From the NCBI GenBank assembly GCA_964016885.1, contig OZ024745.1, positions 7,254,001-7,318,000 on the forward strand: DNA of 64,000 bases, read 5' to 3'. Made by a program: the position numbers and the translations under genes. Of this stretch, positions 39,701 to 56,036 are shown piece by piece (the first letter of the stretch is position 1; each line of letters begins with the position of its first letter). Source of the stretch: Eledone cirrhosa (Eukaryota). Below the pieces are notes generated by a model. It was not told where the DNA came from. It searched no databases and was given only the letters and a program-made list of their open reading frames with translations.

Positions 39701-42700
39701 TGTAAGATGGTAGTGTTGGTGCCATGACAAAAGCCATCCACTCCACCCTGTAAGATGGTAGTGTTGGTGCCATGACAAAAGCCACCCACTCCACCCTGTA
39801 AGATGGTAGTGTTGGTGCCATGACAAAAGCCACCCACCCCACTCTGTAAGATGTTAGTGTTGGTGCCATGACAAAAGCCACCCACTCCACCCTGTAAGAT
39901 GTTAGTGTTGGTGCCATGACAAAAGCCACCCACCCCACCCTGTAAGATGGTAGTATTGGTGCCATGACAAAAGCCACCCACCCCACTCTGTAAGATGGTA
40001 GTGTTGGTGCCATGACAAAAGCCACCCACCCCACGCTGTAAGATGGTAGTGTTGGTGCCATGACAAAAGCCACCCACCCCACGCTGTAAGATGGTAGTGT
40101 TGGTGCCATGCCAAAAGCCACCCACCCCACCCTGTAAGATGGTAGTGTTGGTGCCATGACAAAAGCCACCCACCCCACCCTGTAAGATGGTAGTGTTGGT
40201 GTCATGACAAAAGCCACCCACCCACTCTGTAAGATGGTAGTGTTGGTGCCATGACAAAAGCCACCCACCCCACTCTGTAAGATGGTAGTGTTGGTGCCAT
40301 GACAAAAGCCACCCACCCCACTCTGTAAGATGGTAGTGTTGGTGCCATGACAAAATCCACCCACCCCACTCTGTAAGATGGTAGTGTTGGTGCCATGACA
40401 AAAAAAAAGCCACCCACCCCACCCTGTAAGATGGTCGTGTTGGTGCCATGACAAAATCCACCCACTCCACCATGTAAGATGGTAGTGTTGGTGCCATGAA
40501 AAAAGCCATCCACCCAACTCTTTAAGATGGTAGTGTTGGTGCCATGACAAAAGCCACCCACCCCACCCTGTAAGATGGTAGTGTTGGTGCCATGACAAAA
40601 AAAAGCCACCAACCCCACCCTGTAAGATGGTAGTGTTGGTGCCATGACAAAATCCACGCACCCCACTCTGTAAGATGGTAGTGTTGGTGCCATGACAAAA
40701 GCCACCCACCCCACTCTGTAAGATGGTAGTGTTGGTGACATGACAAAATCCACGCACCCCACTCTGTAAGATGGTAGTGTTGGTGCCATGACAAAAGCCA
40801 CCCACCCCACTCTGTAAGATAGTAGTGTTGGTGCCATGACAAAATCCACACACCCCACTCTGTAAGATGGTAGTGTTGGTGCCATGACAAAAGCCACCCA
40901 CCCCACTCTGTAAGATGGTAGTGTTGATGCCATGACAAAATCCACGCACCCACTCTGTAAGATGGTAGTGTTGGTGCCATGACAAAAGCCAGCCACACCA
41001 CTCTGTAAGATGGTAGTGTTGGTGCCATGACAAAAAAAGGCCACCCACCCCACCCTGTAAGATGGTAGTGTTGGTGCCATGACAAAATCCACCCACCCCA
41101 CCCTGTAAGATGGTAGTGTTGGTGCCATGACAAAAGCCACCCACCCCACCCTGTAAGATGGTAGTGTTGGTGCCATGATAAAAGCCACCCACCCCACCCT
41201 GTAAGATGGTAGTGTTGGTGCCATGACAAGCCACCCACCCCACTCTGTAAGATGGTAGTGTTGGTGCCATGACAAAAGCCATCCACTCCACCCTGTAAGA
41301 TGGTAGTGTTGGTGCCATGACAAAAGCCACCCACTCCACCCTGTAAGATGGTAGTGTTGGTGCCATGACAAAAGCCACCCACCCCACTCTGTAAGATGTT
41401 AGTGTTGGTGCCATGACAAAAGCCACCCACTCCACCCTGTAAGATGTTAGTGTTGGTGCCATGACAAAAGCCACCCACCCCACCCTGTAAGATGGTAGTA
41501 TTGGTGCCATGACAAAAGCCACCCACCCCACTCTGTAAGATGGTAGTGTTGGTGCCATGACAAAAGCCACCCACCCCACGCTGTAAGATGGTAGTGTTGG
41601 TGCCATGACAAAAGCCACCCACCCCACGCTGTAAGATGGTAGTGTTGGTGCCATGACAAAAGCCACCCACCCCACCCTGTAAGATGGTAGTGTTGGTGCC
41701 ATGACAAAAGCCACCCACCCCACCCTGTAAGATGGTAGTGTTGGTGTCATGACAAAAGCCACCCACCCCACTCTGTAAGATGGTAGTGTTGGTGCCATGA
41801 CAAAAGCCACCCACCCCACTCTGTAAGATGGTAGTGTTGGTGCCATGACAAAATCCACCCACCCCACTCTGTAAGATGGTAGTGTTGGTGCCATGACAAA
41901 AAAAAGCCACCCACCCCACCCTGTAAGATGGTCGTGTTGGTGCCATGACAAAATCCACCCACTCCACCATGTAAGATGGTAGTGTTGGTGCCATGAAAAA
42001 AGCCATCCACCCAACTCTTTAAGATGGTAGTGTTGGTGCCATGACAAAAGCCACCCACCCCACCCTGAAAGATGATAGTGTTGGTGCCATGACAAAAAAA
42101 AGCCACCAACCCCACCCTGTAAGATGGTAGTGTTGGTGCCATGACAAAATCCACGCACCCCACTCTGTAAGATGGTAGTGTTGGTGCCATGACAAAAGCC
42201 ACCCACCCCACTCTGTAAGATGGTAGTGTTGGTGACATGACAAAATCCACGCACCCCACTCTGTAAGATGGTAGTGTTGGTGCCATGACAAAAGCCACCC
42301 ACCCCACTCTGTAAGATAGTAGTGTTGGTGCCATGACAAAATCCACACACCCCACTCTGTAAGATGGTAGTGTTGGTGCCATGACAAAAGCCACCCACCC
42401 CACTCTGTAAGATGGTAGTGTTGATGCCATGACAAAATCCACGCACCCACTCTGTAAGATGGTAGTGTTGGTGCCATGACAAAAGCCAGCCACACCACTC
42501 TGTAAGATGGTAGTGTTGGTGCCATGACAAAAAAAGGCCACCCACCCCACCCTGTAAGATGGTAGTGTTGGTGCCATGACAAAATCCACCCACCCCACCC
42601 TGTAAGATGGTAGTGTTGGTGCCATGACAAAAGCCACCCACCCCACCCTGTAAGATGGTAGTGTTGGTGCCATGATAAAAGCCACCCACCCCACCGTGTA

Positions 42701-44078
42701 AGATGGTAGTGTTGGTGCCATGACAAGCCACCCACCCCACTCTGTAAGATGGTAGTGTTGGTGCCATGACAAAAGCCACCCACTCCACCCTGTAAGATGG
42801 TAGTGTTGGTGCCATGACAAAAGCCACCCACCCCACTCTGTAAGATGTTAGTGTTGGTGCCATGACAAAAGCCACCCACTCCACCCTGTAAGATGTTAGT
42901 GTTGGTGCCATGACAAAAGCCACCCACCCCACCCTGTAAGATGGTAGTATTGGTGCCATGACAAAAGCCACCCACCCCACTCTGTAAGATGGTAGTGTTG
43001 GTGCCATGACAAAAGCCACCCACCCCACGCTGTAAGATGGTAGTGTTGGTGCCATGACAAAAGCCACCCACCCCACGCTGTAAGATGGTAGTGTTGGTGC
43101 CATGACAAAAGCCACCCACCCCACCCTGTAAGATGGTAGTGTTGGTACCATGACAAAATCCACGCACCTCACTCTGTAAGATGGTAGTGTTGGTGCCATG
43201 ACAAAAAAAAGCCACCCACCCCACCCTGTAAGATGGTAGTGTTGGTACCATGACAAAATCCACCCACCCCACTCTGTAAGATGGTCGTGTTGGTGCCATG
43301 ACAAAAAAAAAGCCACCCACCCCACCCTGTAAGATGATCGTGTTGGTGCCATGACAAAATCCACCCACCCCACCCTGTAAGATGGTAGTGTTGGTGCCAT
43401 GACAAAAGCCATCCACCCAACTCTGTAAGATGGTAGTGTTGGTGCCATGACAAAAGTCACCCACCCCACCCTGTAAGATGGTAGTGTTGGTGCCATGAAA
43501 AAAGCCATCCACCCAACTCTGTAAGATGGTAGTGTTGGTGCCATGACAAAAGCCACCCACTCCACCCTGTAAGATGGTAGTGTTGGTGCCATGACAAAAG
43601 CCATCCACTCCACCCTGTAAGATGGTAGTGTTGGTGCCATGACAAAATCCACCCACCCCACCCTGTAAGATGGTAGTGTTGGTGCCATGACAAAAGCCAC
43701 CCACCCCACCCTGTAAGATGGTAGTGTTGGTGCCATGACAAAAGCCATCCACCCCACCCTGTAAGATGGTAGTGTTGGTGCCATGACAAAAGCCACCCAC
43801 CCCACGCTGTAAGATGGTAGTGTTGGTGCCATGACAAAAGCCACCCACCCCACGCTGTAAGATGGTAGTGTTGGTGCCATGACAAAAGCCACCCACCCCA
43901 CCCTTTAAGATGGTAGTGTTGGTGCCATGACAAAAGCCACCCACCCCACCCTGTAAGATGGTAGTGTTGGTGCCATGACAAAAGCCACCCACCCCACTCT
44001 GTAAGATGGTAGTGTTGGTGCCATGACAAAAGCCACCCACCCCACTCTGTAAGATGGTAGTGTTGGTGCCATGACAAA
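36734..44078. repeat. 48-bp minisatellite array, consensus GCCACCCACCCCACTCTGTAAGATGGTAGTGTTGGTGCCATGACAAAA, about 150 units, with a ~1.5-kb higher-order repeat
   Basis: Seen directly. The variant block ...CCATGTAAG...ATGAAAAAAGCCATCCACCCAACTCTTTAAG recurs near 38930, 40475 and 41970. Confidence 0.98.
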
Positions 44079-44196
44079 GAGTCCTTCTTTGTATTGGTTG
44101 ATTAGAGTTGATGTTCTATTAAGAGAACCGATTTTACTGAAAAAATCGAATAATGTACACCATTTTACCAGGGGGGGGGAAAAAATACTGGTCCAC

Positions 44197-44273
44197 CCAC
44201 ACACGCACACACACGCACGCACACATGTATACGCAGACACATACACACGCGTACATCAACATACAAAGAGACT

Positions 44274-44304
<31 letters not shown>

Positions 44305-44376
44305 GCGCACTTCTCCGTATAAGACAAAAGCTAAAAAATATCTTTTGACCTTCGAATGACTCTGCTGTGTGTGTGT

Positions 44377-44410
<34 letters not shown>

Positions 44411-44479
44411 ATCTTAATAGCCATTTGACACACATCGCTGGTGGCTATTGTCGCAGCATCGAATACCTTACTACTACTA

Positions 44480-44548
<69 letters not shown>
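44197..44548. repeat. Cluster of (CA)n and (CTA)n microsatellites
   Basis: Seen directly. Confidence 0.9.
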
Positions 44549-44549
<1 letters not shown>

Positions 44550-44574
44550 TTGTTGTGAAAGAGTCATTTCTCAA

Positions 44575-44809
44575 TCTTGGCGCAAAACCAATTTTTTATC
44601 CACATGACCTCTACCGACCAATCAAAATTGTTTTTGACCATAATCTTTGCTGAGCCACTTTTCTAACATTTTAACATAAAAACAGTCTTGGCGCAAAATC
44701 AACTTTTTACATTCACATGACCTCTACCGACCAATCAAAATTGTTTTGACCACAAGCATTTTTACAACACAAAAATAACGCTGGAGCCATTTTTTTAACA
44801 TAAAAACAG
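44575..44809. repeat. Two-copy ~111-124-bp tandem duplication carrying TTGGCGC, CACATG and GACCAATCA motifs
   Basis: TCTTGGCGCAAAA...CACATGACCTCTACCGACCAATCAAAATTGTTTT.GACCA...AACATAAAAACAG starts at 44575 and again at 44686. Confidence 0.85.
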
Positions 44810-45027
44810 GTAGAATTCCCAAAACTAATCAGAACAGAGCAAACAGCACGGACACTCTATCTCAAAATTATTTTGAAAAGCATTAGAAATGCGCAACCGG
44901 TAAAAACTTAAAAACCTTAAAACCACAACTGAATACTAACCCATACAATCACTAATACTCTTTTATTCCTAATTAAACCATTTTTCAACTGTGAACAATT
45001 TGTCAGCATTTTCTATTCCGTTTACCA

Positions 45028-50685
<5,658 letters not shown>

Positions 50686-50885
50686 NNNNNNNNNNNNNNN
50701 NNNNNNNNNNNNNNNNNNNNNNNNNNNNNNNNNNNNNNNNNNNNNNNNNNNNNNNNNNNNNNNNNNNNNNNNNNNNNNNNNNNNNNNNNNNNNNNNNNNN
50801 NNNNNNNNNNNNNNNNNNNNNNNNNNNNNNNNNNNNNNNNNNNNNNNNNNNNNNNNNNNNNNNNNNNNNNNNNNNNNNNNNNNNN
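50686..50885. other. Assembly gap (200 N); true size unknown
   Basis: Run of exactly 200 N, typical of a scaffolding spacer. Confidence 0.99.
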
Positions 50886-50886
50886 A

Positions 50887-52227
50887 ATCCATTCCCCCCC
50901 GGAACTAAAAAGCCAGAGACTCCTAAACACGGTCATGTTTAGGACAATCTCGAACAAAAGTAAAAAACCAGCTCAACCATCACAGAGCGAGATAGAGCTG
51001 GTTTTAAAAGACGTCATGAAGGACATCACCTTCATTCAGAAGGATAGACTCTACGGGAGTCTATCCATTCTCATGAAGGACAGGGACACAGCAGTGAAAC
51101 TGTCCATCAAACCAATCACATCCACCGCATACACCTTCTACCCTACGTACATGGGTAGAAGAACACAAAAAATAAAAATCCACACCATCCTGCCGATTAT
51201 GGACATATGGTGGGTTTTGACAGGTTTTCTGGACCTGGAGGATGACATGCTGGTGTCCATGGGAAAGGCATCGGGTGACGCGTTCAGTGGAACGAGCCTC
51301 GAACTTGTAGTTCAAATGAGGCCCGAAAGGATCGCCCAGATCCCTGAACGCGTCATACTGGATGATCTAACCTTCATCAACATTACCGTTGAGGGTAGAC
51401 GGCCCTCGTGTTACCTCTGCGGAACCAGAGGTCACCTGAGGGCTGTCTGTCCCCAACTTAATAAGAAAACCCCAATCCTGCCTACACCACCAACAGCTGC
51501 ACAACCAACACAATCACCACAACTACCACTACAAAAACAACCACCACAGCTCAAACCAAAACAAAACAATGTCCAACCCATCCCCTCCACTCAAAAAACA
51601 AAAACAATTTCCAAAACACCCGTACCGCAAACACAACCCGAAAATATACCCCTCCCCTCCAACGCGGAAGATGACCCTAGTTCGTCGTCAGACGAGGAGG
51701 AGCACTTCCACACAATCAAAAGAAAAAAAAGAAAACACACCTCAGACACACAAATGAAAAAAAACCCTCCCCAAAACATAACACTGACACCAACACAAAA
51801 GAGCTCACAACAGCAAACAAAAAACACCACACAAAAACAAAAACATGCATACACATACATAAATACAAGAAACAAAAAACTGTTAAACATTGTGTACAAC
51901 AACAATCTAATAAAAACACAAGGGCCTAACTTCACCCAGGCAGGGGATTTCCCCCACCTCAAAATGATTAAGGCCCCACAGGACACCTATAAAACTTTAA
52001 AAAACAATTTTAAAGAGGACGTGGGTCCCCCCTGCGTCGGGCCCATTAACCGCGTCCTCCTAAAAAACTATCCCACCCCCTCCCCAAACACCCACACAAC
52101 TCCAAGCTCCCCAACCACACAACACACTGATGCCCCCACACTTCCACAAACCACCACCCCACCCAACAACCCATCCCCCACCCTAATGGAAATTGTGCAG
52201 CCCGATACCCGGGACGCAGAGAGGTAA
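50887..52227 (+). CDS. ORF1p, gag-like nucleic-acid-binding protein of the Tx1-like LINE (5'-partial; first visible ATG at 50935)
   Basis: Frame is open back to the gap (IHSPPELKSQRLLNTV-M...). Zinc knuckle CYLCGTRGHLRAVC, P/Q/T-rich low-complexity tail, SSSSDEEE followed by KRKKRK. Confidence 0.88.
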   Translation: MHSPPELKSQRLLNTVMFRTISNKSKKPAQPSQSEIELVLKDVMKDITFIQKDRLYGSLSILMKDRDTAVKLSIKPITSTAYTFYPTYMGRRTQKIKIHTILPIMDIWWVLTGFLDLEDDMLVSMGKASGDAFSGTSLELVVQMRPERIAQIPERVILDDLTFINITVEGRRPSCYLCGTRGHLRAVCPQLNKKTPILPTPPTAAQPTQSPQLPLQKQPPQLKPKQNNVQPIPSTQKTKTISKTPVPQTQPENIPLPSNAEDDPSSSSDEEEHFHTIKRKKRKHTSDTQMKKNPPQNITLTPTQKSSQQQTKNTTQKQKHAYTYINTRNKKLLNIVYNNNLIKTQGPNFTQAGDFPHLKMIKAPQDTYKTLKNNFKEDVGPPCVGPINRVLLKNYPTPSPNTHTTPSSPTTQHTDAPTLPQTTTPPNNPSPTLMEIVQPDTRDAER

Positions 52228-52251
52228 GTGCCTTTTCTCTTCACCACCAAC

Positions 52252-55200
52252 ATGGCTATGCTAAGAGTAGGCTGTTTAAATGCGCGTGGCCTGGGCTCAA
52301 CTTGGAAGCAAGCAATGCTTCTAAATGACCTCAGGTCACAACGTATAGATGTGATGGTTATTTGCGAGGCCCGGATCAGCAACGTGCGACAGCTGGCCCC
52401 CACCTTTGATGACTTTGAGATGCACGCATCTCTCTGTCAGCCCGGAGGTGGGGGTGGAGTTGTCGTTCTGCTGCAAAAACATCTGGGTCTCGCAACACAG
52501 ATGGTACATTTGGACCCGGAGGGTCGACTAGTGGTTCTGGACCTTGGCAGTGGTAAAGGCGGAGCGTTTAGGTTGGTAGCCGCCTACGGCCCTTTCGGGT
52601 CAATGCGGCCGGACTTCTTCCATCGTCTGGAGACTTTTCTAGGGACGTCCCGCTCCTTGCTATTAGTGGGGGACTGGAATGGTATCCTAGATGCACGCTG
52701 GGACTACGTAGGGGCCTGCGCCGATAGAGAGGGGTGTAATAGCCTCAAAGGGTTAATCGGTCGATTTGACCTGGCCGATAGATATCGACTAGATTTTCCG
52801 ACTGCGCCAACCTGGACTTGGGCAAATCGTAGCGGATCATCTAGGTCGTACCTAGATAGGTTCTTAGTTAGAATTAAGGATAAGGACTTTTTAAGTTGTC
52901 CAAAAATGCGCATTGTTGGCTATTCAGACCACAAATTAGTGACCTGCATGGTCAACCTTGACAGAACTCATAGACAGGGCCCCGGTTACTGGAAGCTCAA
53001 CTTGTCCTTGCCGGCAAGTAGAGCCTACAGGAATCGGATTAGTACGTTAGTTAAGGAACGGTTGACTGGAGCGATCGTCAACAGCAGGTGGTGGGTATCT
53101 CTAAAGAGAGAGATTAGAGTAGTCTCGATAGAATTTAGTAAGGTTCTAGCTGCGGATAGGAATAGGAAGGAAAGGGAGCTAATAGATAGAGTAGAAGAGG
53201 CAATTAGAAGCGGCGACGTGGCCAGAGTGCTAGCGTCGAGAACGGCTTTGAGCCAGTTTTTCGACGCGAAGCACGAAGGCTGCGTTGTCCGAAGTAAAAT
53301 ACGTGCTCTAGGGAACGAGGGGACCAAAGCTGTTAGCTGGGCCCGCGTGACAGAGGCCAACAGTGGAACTAAATCCACCATCCGGTCTTTGCGAGACCTG
53401 GATGGACGGGCGATTCTTGAGCCTAAGCAGATGTGTGAGGCCTTTCAAAGGCACTTTGCCCGACTGTTCGGGAGGGGCGGGGAGCCGGTTGGGAACGTGG
53501 ACTTCGGTCCATACCTCGACGGCCTGCCGCGCCTCTCGGACAGGGAGGCGAAGTCCTGCGAGGAGCCGATTTCGGCCGCTGAGATAGAGGACGTGCTGAG
53601 CCAATGCGGCAAACGCAAATCCCCGGGTCTCGATGGTCTTCCTTACGAATTATATCTAGCTATGCCGGACTTGTTCCCCGATCTCCTCGAGGCGGTCTAC
53701 TGCAACTGGCAACAGAACGGGAGAATTCCCTGTACTGTGACCAAGGGCGTAGTCACGCTAGTGAGGAAGGACGAGAACAAGGGGGACGAAATAAGTAACT
53801 TCAGGCCCATAACACTGCTAAATACAGAGTTACAGATTTTGGCCAAGGTGCTAGCAAAGAGGTTGGCGCTTGTCGTGGGCAACCTGGTGGGAGATGCGCA
53901 GACATGCGCTATCCCGTCCAGGTCCATCCATGACAACCTCCACCTCATGCGATACATCATAGAGAGGGTTGGGAACGAACCCGGCTTTGGTGGGGCTCTG
54001 ATCAACTTGGATCAATCTAAGGCGTTCGATAGGGTCGACCATGGTTACCTGGATGCGGTGCTAGCGGCGGCAGGCTTCGGACCCGTTTTCAGGGGCTGGA
54101 TCACTGCTATGCACAGCAGCCGCATCTGCTCTAGGGTCAAGGTGAACGGCTACCTCTCGGAGCCGTTCAAAATCGCGCGGTCCATCCGACAAGGGTGCCC
54201 TCTCTCCTCCCTTCTGTATGTGTTGACTCTCGAGCCACTACTGCGGAAGTTGGAGTTGTTGCAGGGCATCCCTTTGGAACCGGGATTGCGGAAAGCGGTG
54301 TCGGCCTACGCCGATGACGTGACAGTAATGGTGTCGACGGCCTCCGAAATCGAGGCGGTCGGCACCTTACTGGAGGAGTACGAAAAGTTCACAGGGGCTA
54401 AGCTGAACCGGGACAAGTCGATCGGTTTGCAACTCGGCACGTGGAGGGGCAGACCGATGCCCTCCGATAGCGTCGTCGGACGCTGGACGGAGGGCCCGGT
54501 GAAGTTGCTCGGGGTCTGGTTCGGACCGGACCTCCAGGTGGAGAAAAACTGGGCGGAGGTTACGAACAGGGTGTTTGCACTGACCCAGAAGTGGGCCAGT
54601 TGCAAACTATCCCTGAAAGGCCGGGCGGAGGTGGCGAACACCTACATAGCGTCCGTCATCTACTACCGCCTGACCGTAGTGCCCTGCCCAAGGGAAACCC
54701 TCACCAAGATGGAGCGCGCGCTCTTCCAATTCCTTTGGAAGAGGCGGGCTCCTATGGTGAGGAGATCCATCTGCTGTCAACACCCTTCGAAAGGAGGGCT
54801 GGGGATGCCGTGGCTAATGATGCGTAAACACGCATTAAGGCTACGGCACCTCTACGTATTCCTCACCGGACAACCGGTGTGGGCCTCGTTTGTGAGACGA
54901 ACCTTTCCCAGACTCGTCTCACTCACCGAGCTGCAATCCTGGGTCAAGCAAAGACCGAGAAAACTGGGCGCCTGGCACACCGAGTGTGCCCAGGCGCTCA
55001 CCGCCCTCTGGCAGGCGGATCCGGTTATCAGTGGAGACTCCACCGCAACATTCTATAGAGGGCTGGTACGCAGCAGGTGCGACGACGCCCTCGGAGAAGC
55101 CCTAGACATGGAGGAGGACGAACTGGCCAGCCTGTTCGGTAGGACATTCAGCCCGGGACCTATGGACAACTTCCAGAAGTCCCTGGCCTGGCAGTGCTAC

Positions 55201-55689
55201 CGAGGGGCTTTACCCGTTCGAGAAAGGCTCTACAGACACGGGCGCCCGGGTAGGGACCCCGCCAAAAAGATCTGTCCCAGATGCGTGTGCGACGAGGAAA
55301 CCGTTGCACACGCATTAGTACACTGCTCGGGCGTAGCCGATCTGTGGGGCTATGTCGAACAACTGCTGTCAAGGGTGGGACCGATCCGGTTGACCACCGA
55401 GTCTATTGTAATGATCAAGCCGCCTCCCCCCTTCAAAGATGAAGCAGAGGCGGTGTTTCTGTGCGTAATAGCCATGGCGAAAGAGGTTGTATGGTGGACG
55501 CGTCTGAAAGGACTGAGGTCGGGCACCTTTCTCTCTGGCCAACAACTGGTCCGTTTCTTCCGATATCATTTCGGAAGAAGGATCAGGATGGAGAGAGAGG
55601 TGCTGCACCCCAGCCGTTTCTATGAAAGATGGGTGAAAGTGGCGAGAATGGCCCGTGTGAATGGGCCTTCACTCTACATCAGACTATAG
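52252..55689 (+). CDS. ORF2p: APE endonuclease, reverse transcriptase and C-terminal zinc finger (Tx1-like)
   Basis: APE motifs LNARGL, CEAR, AYGP, GDWN, YLDRF, SDHK; GPGYWKLN linker; RT motifs KSPGLDGL, NFRPITLLN, LDQSKAFDRV, IRQGCPLS, YADD, KLLGV; CPRC...HALVHC. No internal stops. First ATG at 52252. Confidence 0.96.
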   Translation: MAMLRVGCLNARGLGSTWKQAMLLNDLRSQRIDVMVICEARISNVRQLAPTFDDFEMHASLCQPGGGGGVVVLLQKHLGLATQMVHLDPEGRLVVLDLGSGKGGAFRLVAAYGPFGSMRPDFFHRLETFLGTSRSLLLVGDWNGILDARWDYVGACADREGCNSLKGLIGRFDLADRYRLDFPTAPTWTWANRSGSSRSYLDRFLVRIKDKDFLSCPKMRIVGYSDHKLVTCMVNLDRTHRQGPGYWKLNLSLPASRAYRNRISTLVKERLTGAIVNSRWWVSLKREIRVVSIEFSKVLAADRNRKERELIDRVEEAIRSGDVARVLASRTALSQFFDAKHEGCVVRSKIRALGNEGTKAVSWARVTEANSGTKSTIRSLRDLDGRAILEPKQMCEAFQRHFARLFGRGGEPVGNVDFGPYLDGLPRLSDREAKSCEEPISAAEIEDVLSQCGKRKSPGLDGLPYELYLAMPDLFPDLLEAVYCNWQQNGRIPCTVTKGVVTLVRKDENKGDEISNFRPITLLNTELQILAKVLAKRLALVVGNLVGDAQTCAIPSRSIHDNLHLMRYIIERVGNEPGFGGALINLDQSKAFDRVDHGYLDAVLAAAGFGPVFRGWITAMHSSRICSRVKVNGYLSEPFKIARSIRQGCPLSSLLYVLTLEPLLRKLELLQGIPLEPGLRKAVSAYADDVTVMVSTASEIEAVGTLLEEYEKFTGAKLNRDKSIGLQLGTWRGRPMPSDSVVGRWTEGPVKLLGVWFGPDLQVEKNWAEVTNRVFALTQKWASCKLSLKGRAEVANTYIASVIYYRLTVVPCPRETLTKMERALFQFLWKRRAPMVRRSICCQHPSKGGLGMPWLMMRKHALRLRHLYVFLTGQPVWASFVRRTFPRLVSLTELQSWVKQRPRKLGAWHTECAQALTALWQADPVISGDSTATFYRGLVRSRCDDALGEALDMEEDELASLFGRTFSPGPMDNFQKSLAWQCYRGALPVRERLYRHGRPGRDPAKKICPRCVCDEETVAHALVHCSGVADLWGYVEQLLSRVGPIRLTTESIVMIKPPPPFKDEAEAVFLCVIAMAKEVVWWTRLKGLRSGTFLSGQQLVRFFRYHFGRRIRMEREVLHPSRFYERWVKVARMARVNGPSLYIRL

Positions 55690-55940
55690 GTGAGGAAGAT
55701 GAAAGACCAAGGGAGCACCCCTTCTCTGTGCTCCTGAGGAGAAGGGTTGCACACTTTTTTCGGGGGTGTGTGCGACCCCCCAAGGCGCCTCCTCTCTATT
55801 GAGGATTTTGTTAAAAATTTTATTTTTTGTTATATCTTATTTTATTTTTATATTTTGTTATTGCCTCCTCCTTATTGAGGACGCCTCTTTGTGTAAACTC
55901 CCCCCTTTGTACTTGTCCCACTTTTGATGCCCTAGTGGCA

Positions 55941-55946
55941 AATAAA
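55941..55946 (+). promoter_or_regulatory. Polyadenylation signal AATAAA at the LINE 3' end
   Basis: Canonical hexamer immediately before the simple-repeat tail. Confidence 0.65.
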
Positions 55947-55950
55947 AGAA

Positions 55951-55971
55951 ATATATCTATCTATCTATCTA

Positions 55972-56033
<62 letters not shown>
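55951..56033. repeat. (TATC)n-(TA)n microsatellite at the LINE 3' junction
   Basis: Seen directly. Confidence 0.95.

Positions 56034-56036
<3 letters not shown>

Larger units (their letters stand above)
50886..55950 (+). mobile_element. Tx1/L1-clade non-LTR retrotransposon, ORFs uninterrupted, 5' end lost in the gap
   Basis: ORF1 with a CCHC knuckle, ORF2 with APE-RT-zinc finger, ~260-bp 3' UTR, AATAAA at 55941-55946, then (TATC)n(TA)n. Confidence 0.93.

Noticed and set aside
36548-44246. Very long minus-strand ORFs (up to 2201 aa) resembling His/Trp/Gly-rich structural proteins
   Set aside because: The 48-bp monomer is stop-free in all three minus frames, and indels move the ORFs freely between frames, so no frame appears to be under selection.
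51061-55608. Short antisense and alternative-frame ORFs inside the Tx1 element
   Set aside because: Shadows of the real ORFs, with no recognisable motifs.
50886-56033. Target-site duplication or full-length status of the Tx1 copy
   Set aside because: The 5' end lies in the gap, so neither can be assessed.
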